Of a stretch of DNA of 64,000 nt, positions 56,274 through 64,000 are shown in pieces; position 1 is the first letter of the stretch, and each line of letters begins with the position of its first letter. Below the pieces are notes generated by a model. The model was not told the DNA's origin. It saw only the letters and a list, made by a program, of their open reading frames with translations, and made no database searches. The stretch spans positions 1,658,302-1,722,301 of the forward strand of contig OY730414.1 in the NCBI GenBank assembly GCA_963422615.1. Reading direction: 5' to 3'. A program made the translations under genes and the position numbers. The DNA is from Longimicrobiales bacterium (GTDB lineage: Bacteria > Gemmatimonadota > Gemmatimonadetes > Longimicrobiales > Gaopeijiaceae).

Positions 56274-59200
56274 ATGCGATTCCGTTTCGTCTGTGCTGCG
56301 GTGCCAACGTTGGTCGGCCTCTTTGCCGTCCTTCCCGCAACTGCCCAAAATGTGCCTTCTTCGGCGTTCCAAGCCATGGATTTCCGACACATCGGCCCGG
56401 TTGGGAACCGCGTCACTTCGGTGGCGGGGGTGCCGGGCGACCCGCTGACCTATTACGCGGGCGCCGCTTCGGGCGGACTCTGGAAGACGGAGGACGGGGG
56501 TGTCAATTGGAGGCCCGTCTTTGACGACCAGCCGGTTCACGCTATCGGGGAAGTGGAGGTCTCGGCCTCCGATCCCAACCTCGTGTGGGTGGGAACCGGG
56601 GAGCCCTTCATTCGCTCCAACGTGTCCATCGGGAACGGCGTCTGGAAGTCCGTGGATGCGGGGGAGACATGGACCCACATGGGGCTTGAGGGGACGGGTC
56701 GGATCAGCCGCATCATCGTTCATCCGACGAACCCGGACGTCGTGTACGCCGCGGCCATCGGACACGGCTATGCGCCTCAGCGAGCGCGGGGGATCTTCCG
56801 CACCATGGACGGCGGCGAGACCTGGGAGCACGTGCTCTTCGTGGACGACGAGACCGGTGCCAGCGACTTGGTCATGGACCCTGCCAATCCTCGCACGCTC
56901 TTCACGGGCACTTGGCAGATCGCCATCCGGACGTGGACCCGGAAGTCCGGCGGGCCGGGCAGCGCCGTCCACGTCTCCCGGGACGGTGGAACCACGTGGA
57001 TGCGGATGGAAGGAAACGGCTTGCCCGAGCGCGAAATCGGCAAGATCGCCCTGTGCATGAGCGCCGACGACCCGGGGCGGGTCTACGCGCTCATTGAGAC
57101 GGGCGACGGCGTGCCTTGGGAGGGCGGCGACACCGACGGAGGCGAACTCTGGCGCTCCGACGACGGGGGGCGCAGCTGGTCCCTCACGAGCTACAACCGG
57201 GACTTGGCCGGGCGCACGGCCTACTACACGCGCTGCGAGGTGAATCCGGACGACGCCGACGAAGCCTACTTCCTGGCTGCGGCCTACAGCACCACCTTGG
57301 ACGGTGGGGTGACGTCGACGGCGGCGCCGTTCCTTCAAGGCCCCGTATGGGACCACCACGACATGTGGATCGACCCCGGCGACGGGGACCGCCAGATCGT
57401 GGCCGGCGACGGCGGGCTCGCCATTTCCCGGAACCGGGGGGAGACTTGGTACCGGGTACAGTTGCCCATCGCGCAGATGTACCACGTCACGGTGGACAAC
57501 GCGATCCCCTACAACGTCATGGGCAACCGCCAGGATGGTCCCTCCACCCGGGGGCCCAGCAACAGCCGCACCGGGGGCCTCTTCCTGTCCGGGATTCCCC
57601 GGGGGATGTGGCACACGGTGGGGGGCGGGGAATCCGGCTTCGCCACCCCTGACCCCACGAATCACAACATCGTGTGGTCCAGCGCTTCAGGGGCGGGGGG
57701 TGGCGGGGGCATCGTCTCCCGCTGGGACGCGCGTACCCGCCAGTACCGGGAGGTCGAAGTCTGGCCGGAGTCCACCATCGGCCATCCCGCGGACAGCCTT
57801 CGCTATCGATTCCAGTGGACCTTCCCGCTTCTGATCTCCCCTCACGATCCGAACACCGTGTATGTGACCAGCCAGCATGTTCATCGCACCACGAACCGGG
57901 GGCAGAGTTGGGAGGTGATCAGCCCGGATCTCAGCACCAATAACCGGGAGCGCATGGGCATCAGCGGGGGACTCACCCCCGACAACATCGGGGTGGAGTA
58001 CTGTTGCGTGATCTACGCCTTCGACGAATCCCCCCTGGAGCCCGGCGTCCTGTGGGCGGGCACCAACGACGGGCTCGTGCACGTCAGCCGGGACGGGGGA
58101 GAAAGCTGGATCAACGTGACCGCAAACATCCCGGACCTGCTCCCGGATGGGGTGGTAAGAGGAATCGACGCCTCCCGTCACGCCACGGGGAAGGCGTACA
58201 TGGTCATTGAACACCACCAGGTCGGGAACTTCGAAGCCCGGGCGTACCGGACGGAGGACTATGGGGAGAGCTGGACCCGGATTACGAACGGCATCGACGA
58301 CGGTGTTCTGAGCTACACCCGGAGCATCCACGAAGACCCGGTGCGGCCCGGCCTCCTGTACCTGGGGACCGAAGCGTCCCTGTACGTCTCCTTCGATGAC
58401 GGTGAACAGTGGCAATCGCTCCATACCCACAACCTGCCCCATACGCCGATGTACGGCTTGGTCGTGCAGGAGCACTTCAACGACTTGGTGGTGGGGACCT
58501 ACGGGCGGGGATTTTGGATCCTGGACGACGTGACGCCGCTCCAACAGCTCACCCCAGAAGTCGCCGCTCGGCCGGTCCACCTCTTTGAGCCTCGGGCTGC
58601 CTACCGCTTCCGGCCTGTGTCCGAGCCCTTCACCATGTTCGACGACCAGTCCGATGGGGAAAACCCGCCGTACGGAGCTTCGATTAACTATTGGCTCGGC
58701 GGGGAGACGGAAGACAGCGTGAAGGTCGAAGTCTCGAACGCTAGCGGCGAAGTTGTGCGGACGCTGGAAGGAACCGGAGAAGCGGGGGTGAATCGGGTCT
58801 GGTGGAACTTGGCGGGTGAATCGGCAACCGAGGTCCGCTTGCGTACCAAGCCCCTGTTCGCCGAAGACATCGATCTGGGGGATGAGCGATGGCGGCCGCT
58901 CCCGAGTGTTCTTGGCGGTCCCGGCGGTACAGCAACCGTTCTGCAGCCCCCCGGGGTGTACACCCTTACCCTGAAGGTTGGGGATGAGACCTTCCGACAG
59001 ACCCTTGAGGTACGGAAGGATCCCCACTCGGAGGGCACCCTCGGGGACATTCGCGCCCAGCTGGCCATGCTGGCGGACATCCGCGCCGACTACGAGACCG
59101 CGGCCGCCTTGGTCAACCGAGTGGAGTGGGTCCGTCGGCAGCTTCTGGACGTGAAGGCCGTGCTGGAGGACCGGGACGACGCCAGCGCCGCCGCCCTGGT

Positions 59201-59504
59201 TGCCGCCGCCGACTCCCTGAACGAACGCTTCGTCGCGGCGGAGCAGGGGCTTTTCCAGATGCGCGCAACCGGCACGGGCCAGGACGGTATCCGCTATCCT
59301 ACCCGCCTCTTGGAGCGCTTGACCTATCTCTTCAATACCGTGGCGGTGGGGGACTTTCGTCCCACGGACTCCCAAGGGGAGGTCCACGCCGTCCTGAAGG
59401 AACGGCTGGAGCGGATCCGGGTTGCACTGGAGGCGCTGTTGGAAAATGATCTGGCGGAGTTCAACCGGCGAATTCAGACGCTGGGAATGGGTGTGGTCTC
59501 GTGA
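56274..59504 (+). CDS. Secreted VPS10/BNR-repeat beta-propeller protein (glycosyl hydrolase/sialidase-like)
   Basis: AAGGAGG RBS, signal peptide, FRHIGP.GNR, many Asp-box repeats (KTEDGG.NW, KS.DAG.TW, RS.DGG.SW, VS.DGG.SW), GTYGRG.WILDD, C-terminal helical bundle. Confidence 0.9.
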   Translation: MRFRFVCAAVPTLVGLFAVLPATAQNVPSSAFQAMDFRHIGPVGNRVTSVAGVPGDPLTYYAGAASGGLWKTEDGGVNWRPVFDDQPVHAIGEVEVSASDPNLVWVGTGEPFIRSNVSIGNGVWKSVDAGETWTHMGLEGTGRISRIIVHPTNPDVVYAAAIGHGYAPQRARGIFRTMDGGETWEHVLFVDDETGASDLVMDPANPRTLFTGTWQIAIRTWTRKSGGPGSAVHVSRDGGTTWMRMEGNGLPEREIGKIALCMSADDPGRVYALIETGDGVPWEGGDTDGGELWRSDDGGRSWSLTSYNRDLAGRTAYYTRCEVNPDDADEAYFLAAAYSTTLDGGVTSTAAPFLQGPVWDHHDMWIDPGDGDRQIVAGDGGLAISRNRGETWYRVQLPIAQMYHVTVDNAIPYNVMGNRQDGPSTRGPSNSRTGGLFLSGIPRGMWHTVGGGESGFATPDPTNHNIVWSSASGAGGGGGIVSRWDARTRQYREVEVWPESTIGHPADSLRYRFQWTFPLLISPHDPNTVYVTSQHVHRTTNRGQSWEVISPDLSTNNRERMGISGGLTPDNIGVEYCCVIYAFDESPLEPGVLWAGTNDGLVHVSRDGGESWINVTANIPDLLPDGVVRGIDASRHATGKAYMVIEHHQVGNFEARAYRTEDYGESWTRITNGIDDGVLSYTRSIHEDPVRPGLLYLGTEASLYVSFDDGEQWQSLHTHNLPHTPMYGLVVQEHFNDLVVGTYGRGFWILDDVTPLQQLTPEVAARPVHLFEPRAAYRFRPVSEPFTMFDDQSDGENPPYGASINYWLGGETEDSVKVEVSNASGEVVRTLEGTGEAGVNRVWWNLAGESATEVRLRTKPLFAEDIDLGDERWRPLPSVLGGPGGTATVLQPPGVYTLTLKVGDETFRQTLEVRKDPHSEGTLGDIRAQLAMLADIRADYETAAALVNRVEWVRRQLLDVKAVLEDRDDASAAALVAAADSLNERFVAAEQGLFQMRATGTGQDGIRYPTRLLERLTYLFNTVAVGDFRPTDSQGEVHAVLKERLERIRVALEALLENDLAEFNRRIQTLGMGVVS

Positions 59505-59776
59505 GGGTAAGTGCGGATTCGGTTCCTCGGGGGAGACGATGGGGGGCACTGGAGCGGTCGCACCGCGTTGGGTTCCGTGTTGGCATTGTGTAATAAGTAC
59601 AGTTATAGCATATACTTACGGCCATTTTTGGATGGTCCGCCATTCGCCACTGGCAAAATTTATCTTGCGTTTCTCCGTTTCTCTATGTATTCTTTTACGT
59701 AAGCTTCAGAAACGGAGCTGCAAGAAGAAGGCCGGGATAGAGTCCGGCGACTAGGTGGCATCACTGACAAGAAGGA

Positions 59777-59923
59777 GTGAAGTACGATGCTGAAAAAGGC
59801 TTCCAGGAAAGCGATGTGTGCCGGTGGGGTTCCTTCTGTAGCGATTCCCCGGGCTCGGACACTGGGTGCGACCGGATAGGCCCAGGCTGTAAGTCCTACA
59901 TCTGCTCCGTTGAGATACGGTAA
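59777..59923 (+). CDS. Candidate 48-aa Cys-rich peptide
   Basis: Manual translation from GTG: VKYDAEKGFQESDVCRWGSFCSDSPGSDTGCDRIGPGCKSYICSVEIR. Five Cys. Below the ORF-track cutoff and start signal is weak. Confidence 0.4.
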   Translation: MKYDAEKGFQESDVCRWGSFCSDSPGSDTGCDRIGPGCKSYICSVEIR

Positions 59924-60126
59924 TCGGAGGGTGCTTACTTATCCCTTTGGCATGGAAAAAAATAGGATGGCGAAATCGAAATGGCGGGGTTTCGTTCGTG
60001 GCATTTTCGGGGGCTGAGGGGGAGGGGAAATCGTCTCCGGGAGTGGTGAGCTTCGGCTACCTTGCCCACGATGGAAGTCATGGTTCATGTGAGGAACCAC
60101 CTCTGAACAGGCAGGATGCAAGTGTC

Positions 60127-61323
60127 ATGACCAACTTTCCAAGAGCAACAAGCTGGGCTCGTGTGTTGTTCCCGATCTTTCTCTTGTCAATTGGGCAAGG
60201 ATGTGATCGAGCTCCGCAGGTGGTGGTACACCCAACCAATCAGAACTTTCCTCCACCTAATGCCGTTCCGATTGTCCCAGACACAATTCCAGTGGGGTTG
60301 TCACCGGATCGTCTTGCCACTTGGACAGCTGCGCGCTACAGCTTAGAGAATGCCAAAACATTGTATTGACTTGGAATTCCAACAGGAGAAGGGCCAGAGC
60401 TTTTTGGTCAAATAGATGATGTTGTTCTAAGCCGCGATAATCATCTCTTTGTTTTAGACGGGCATGCCCAGAAAGTTCGTATTTTTGATTTGACTGGGCA
60501 GTTTGTGGCGGATTTCGGCGGTCTGGGTGACGGACCTGAAGAGTTACGCGGTGCATATGAGATTGTAAAAGAAGAGTCTGGAAATATATTGCTACTTGGT
60601 ACTGGTCGCCAAATAAAGGTGTTTCATCCTATTGCTTCAGACTACCGCTACCGGGAGACCCGCCCCATTCCGCTTTCTGGCGGCAGATTTTGCATAACAG
60701 GGTCGGGACGCACAATTGTTGCCGGTGCGGACACTAGATCCGATCGCAACGTGATCCTACATGAGATTCCTTCTCGGACTGGGGAGACGGTCAGGAGTTT
60801 TGGCGTAGGATATCTGGATTCATCGCTGTTGGTCCGTCATATGATGGCTAACCGCGGGCCGGTAGCATGTGTCGACTATCAGGGAACAGAATCGGTGGTT
60901 CATGCATTTGCCCCCTTGAGTTTTCTGCGACTGATGAGCCTTGTTGACGGCTCTGTATTTTGGACCGCTCAGTTGATGGATCACCGTCAGCTAATGATGG
61001 AGTCAGATCGAACTGGATTTACCCAGAACGCCCTGACGGATTGGGATATAGTTGTATCGTTGTTGCCGTACTTGGGATCCCATCTCTTGTTGCAAGTTCA
61101 ACGTTTTAGGGAAATGACACCGGAAGAAATCAGAAAAGGCGGTAGGCCCGAATCGACCTTTTCTACTTACTTGCTTGACTTACCAACCGGGAGAGGAGCG
61201 AGAGTGGCTACCGGTCCTTCGCGGATCGTGGGAATTAATGAGAGCCGGTATGCCGTGGTAAGCAGTGACCCTTATCCGCAAATTGAGGTTCGTGCCTTGG
61301 AGATTGGGGGAATACAACATTGA
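60127..61323 (+). pseudogene. 6-bladed beta-propeller (NHL-like) lipoprotein interrupted by one in-frame TGA at 60367-60369
   Basis: ORFs 60127-60369 and 60490-61323 are in the same frame. Reading through gives ...KTLY*LGIPTGEGPELFGQIDDVVLSRDNHLFVLDGHAQKVRIFDLTGQFVADFGGLGDGPEE. Lipobox-like GQGC. Confidence 0.8.
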
Positions 61324-61895
61324 CCGATAAGCGTCTGTATTTTGGAACAGTGGCTGTGGGGTTGACACTGGGTTTGTTACTCGGAGTTCGCGGGATGCTT
61401 CCAACCCCGGCGATTGAGATCACATGGCGTGTGCCATGGAGCGACGACAGCTCCTTTATTCCGTCGGCATCTCTTGCCGGGGGTGAGGAGGTTCTTTTTG
61501 TATATTTGGGGGCTTCGTCTTGTGTGTGGTCCAACGTAGGTGATTTGCCGGAGGCCGTACGTAGCATTAGGAACCAGTGGTACGAATTTGCAAGAGCGAA
61601 CGGAAAAGGGTTTGCTACAGTGGGCGTTGCACGAGACGTTATTGTTGATGAAGGTATGAAACACTTGACGAAGTATGGATTGTTTGACGAAGTAGTGGCA
61701 GGTCGTGGATGGTTGAACATCGGTTTTTTCAAGTATGTGTATGGAGAGATGGCGGGGCCTGCGGCAACACCTCAAGTACTCATCATTGAACGTACTGTGA
61801 ACCGCATAGCTGGTCAGACGTGGATCAGCAACGAACAAGTTGTACACCGCTTTGTTGGAGCTAACGAAATACTGAATGAATTGGGGTCAGAGTGA
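61320..61895 (+). CDS. Membrane-anchored thioredoxin-like protein (CxxS)
   Basis: N-terminal TM, EVLFVYLGASSCVWS, GVA.D strand, cis-Pro-like ATPQVLII. Overlaps the upstream stop (TTGA). Confidence 0.65.
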   Translation: MTDKRLYFGTVAVGLTLGLLLGVRGMLPTPAIEITWRVPWSDDSSFIPSASLAGGEEVLFVYLGASSCVWSNVGDLPEAVRSIRNQWYEFARANGKGFATVGVARDVIVDEGMKHLTKYGLFDEVVAGRGWLNIGFFKYVYGEMAGPAATPQVLIIERTVNRIAGQTWISNEQVVHRFVGANEILNELGSE

Positions 61896-62384
61896 CTTGG
61901 ATCCGTGTACCCGAGGAGTGGCGGCGAAGGCAAGGGGCCTTCTAGCTAGAAGCTTGTGACCTCGCGTTGGACTGTGGCCGGATTGTTTGGAGCTGATCAA
62001 GGACGTTGTCGATTGTCACGGCCCTGAATTCGACGAAGCGAACCTGGAGGCAACCCCGGGGTTCCTCCCTTCGCGCCAAATGCCCGCGCCTTCAGCGCGT
62101 ATGGATTCGAACCGGATTACGTGCTCCAGCTGGATCGGATCGTTTGCGAGATGACGATATGACCGCGTACGCTGAGCTCGGCCCGGAGTCCGGTTCGGGT
62201 TGAGCCACAGACGGGTACGCATCCTTCCCAAAGCCTTTCCCTTCTGGCCATCCGCGGTCTGGCTGCCCTAAGTTTGGAATCGTTGGCACAGAGGGCTCAA
62301 CGAGATATCGTAGTTAGCTGTCCTTGTAGGCTGAAAGCGTGAAGCTTCCCACTACGATCCCTGAAAAACGAATGTGACTCGCCC

Positions 62385-64000
62385 ATGACCCGGGAGCACT
62401 CTTCCCTTACCCTTAGCGTTATTAGGGGCCTTCTTCTCGCAATGGCCCTCCTGGCCTCCGTGCTATTGCCGCCTTCTCCCGAGGCCCGGGCCCAGAACGC
62501 CCCCCCGGAAGCCAGCTCCAACGGCGAAGCCGCGTCTACAGAAGCCAGTACCGCCATCGCGGCGCGAACCGGCAATCCCCCTGTGATCGACGGCGTGCTC
62601 GACGAGCCGGCTTGGCTGGCCGCCCAGCCGCTGACGGACTTCGTGCAGCGGGAGCCTGCCGACGGCCAACCCGCATCGGAGCGCACCGAACTACGGATCC
62701 TCTTCGACGCAGACGCGGTGTACGTGGCCGCCTGGGCCTACGATTCCCAGGCCAAGGAAATCGTGCCTGGCGAGTCCATCCGGGACTACGAGGTCACCGA
62801 CGCCGACGCCATCCTGATGGTCTTCGACACCTACAACGACCAACAGAACGGCTTCGTCTTCGGCACCACTCCGGCAGGGATCGAGTATGACGGACAGGTG
62901 GCTGCGCAGGGAAGCGGGGGTGGCTTCTTCCTGGGCGGGGGCGGGAACAACCAGAGGCGGTTCCAGGCCGGCGCCGGCGGAGGCTTCAACAAGAACTGGG
63001 ATGGCAGTTGGACCGTCGCCACGTCCCGGGACGGCGAAGGCTGGTACGCCGAGTTCCGCATCCCCTTCAGCACCCTTCGGTACGGCTCGGAAACAGACAC
63101 CTGGGGCTTCAACGTCTCCCGTCGTATCCGTCGCCTGAACGAAGAAGACTTCTGGTCCGCCGTGCCCCGGGAATTCGGTCTCTATCGCCTAGACTTTGCT
63201 GGGCAGCTGGCCGGTGTGGTGCCCCCCTTCCGGCGGGCTGCAACGGTCACCCCCTACATCCTGGGCTCCTCCGTTCGAGATTATGAGGATCCTGGTCAGA
63301 CGTCTTTCGGACGAGACGCGGAGTTTGGCGGCGAAGCCAAGGTGCAGGTCACGCAGGGACTGACCTTGGACGTGACCGCGAACACGGACTTCGCCCAGGT
63401 GGAGGTGGACGACCAGCAGGTCAACCTGACCCGGTTCTCGCTTCTTTTTCCGGAAAAGCGTCCCTTCTTCTTGGAGAACGCGGGGTTCTTCACCGTCGGG
63501 TCCGGGGGCGCCGATCTCTTCTTCAGCCGCCGCATCGGTATCTCGGGGGGGCACCCGGTTCCCATCAAGGGTGGAGGCCGTCTATCTGGCCGATTGGTGG
63601 GGCTGAACGTGGGGTTGCTGCACATCCGGACCGACGGCGCCGACTTGGGGAGCCCCGAGAACGATTACTCCGTCGCCCGAATAGCCAAGGAGCTGCCGAA
63701 CCGCTCCCGCCTGGGGGCCCTTTTCGTGAACCGGGGGAGCAACTTTGCCGGGGACTACAACCGCACCTATGCGGTGGACGGGCGCCTGGGGATCGGTGAT
63801 CAGATCACGGTGACTTCTTTTGTGGCCCAAACCGAAACTCCCGATCTGGAAGGGGCCGACCACGCTTGGGACCTGACGGCGGGGTGGAGCAGCCGGAGCT
63901 GGCGGGCCAATGCTCAAGTCCGGGAGATCGGAGAGCACTTCAACCCGGAAGTGGGCTTTCTGCCCCGGGACGGTCACCGTTACTACCAAGTGTTTGGAAT
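62385..64000 (+). CDS. DUF5916 / CBM9-like domain outer-membrane protein (partial, runs off the window)
   Basis: Manual translation: signal peptide, PVIDGVLDEPAW, FVQREP..G.PASERTE, WYAEFRIPFSTLRY, DFAQVEVDDQQVNLTRF.L.FPEKRPFFLEN, LFFSRRIG. No stop before 64000. Confidence 0.88.
   Translation, partial: MTREHSSLTLSVIRGLLLAMALLASVLLPPSPEARAQNAPPEASSNGEAASTEASTAIAARTGNPPVIDGVLDEPAWLAAQPLTDFVQREPADGQPASERTELRILFDADAVYVAAWAYDSQAKEIVPGESIRDYEVTDADAILMVFDTYNDQQNGFVFGTTPAGIEYDGQVAAQGSGGGFFLGGGGNNQRRFQAGAGGGFNKNWDGSWTVATSRDGEGWYAEFRIPFSTLRYGSETDTWGFNVSRRIRRLNEEDFWSAVPREFGLYRLDFAGQLAGVVPPFRRAATVTPYILGSSVRDYEDPGQTSFGRDAEFGGEAKVQVTQGLTLDVTANTDFAQVEVDDQQVNLTRFSLLFPEKRPFFLENAGFFTVGSGGADLFFSRRIGISGGHPVPIKGGGRLSGRLVGLNVGLLHIRTDGADLGSPENDYSVARIAKELPNRSRLGALFVNRGSNFAGDYNRTYAVDGRLGIGDQITVTSFVAQTETPDLEGADHAWDLTAGWSSRSWRANAQVREIGEHFNPEVGFLPRDGHRYYQVFG

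Noticed and set aside
59787..59879. 30-aa ORF MLKKASRKAMCAGGVPSVAIPRARTLGATG with a good RBS
   Set aside because: It has no recognisable features and overlaps the more patterned Cys-rich frame. Kept only as a possible frameshifted start.
61900..62380. Gene remnant or IS fragment between the islet and the DUF5916 gene
   Set aside because: Short coding-like patches exist, but I could not identify any family, terminal inverted repeats or target duplication.

Overview
GC-rich bacterial chromosome segment. Gene content and order (DUF4159/DUF4175/TPR cluster, JAB-DinG, VPS10-type and DUF5916 proteins) suggest Gemmatimonadota or a related FCB-group lineage; this is an inference. The left end (1-6.4 kb) is a defence-island edge. 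It holds a short hsdM-like remnant, an uncharacterised coupled gene pair (multi-pass membrane protein plus membrane-anchored vWA-like protein) and a convergent, complete type II Zorya system (zorA-zorB-zorE). The middle (6.7-52.4 kb) is mostly housekeeping: rsmI, a DinG helicase, valS, selA, gmhB, purN/purH, tRNA-Ser, ispG, a two-permease RND efflux operon, gltX, lexA, tadA, an NhaC-family transporter, pyrR-pyrB-pyrC, rpsT, scpAB, upp and tRNA-Ile2. Two of these look like pseudo-enzymes: a LexA lacking its Ser-Lys autoproteolysis dyad and a PyrC with many active-site substitutions. The right end (52.5-64 kb) is accessory. It contains an RGPP-ending Cys/His leader ORF ahead of a ZnuD-like TonB receptor and a His/acidic lipoprotein, a VPS10/BNR propeller protein, an AT-richer islet (unlisted Cys-rich peptide ORF, beta-propeller lipoprotein split by one in-frame TGA, thioredoxin-like protein) and a DUF5916 gene running off the edge. 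Best candidates for undescribed systems are the membrane/vWA pair beside Zorya, the metal-ligand RGPP leader module and the peptide/propeller/thioredoxin islet. All family calls come from motif recognition, not database searches.
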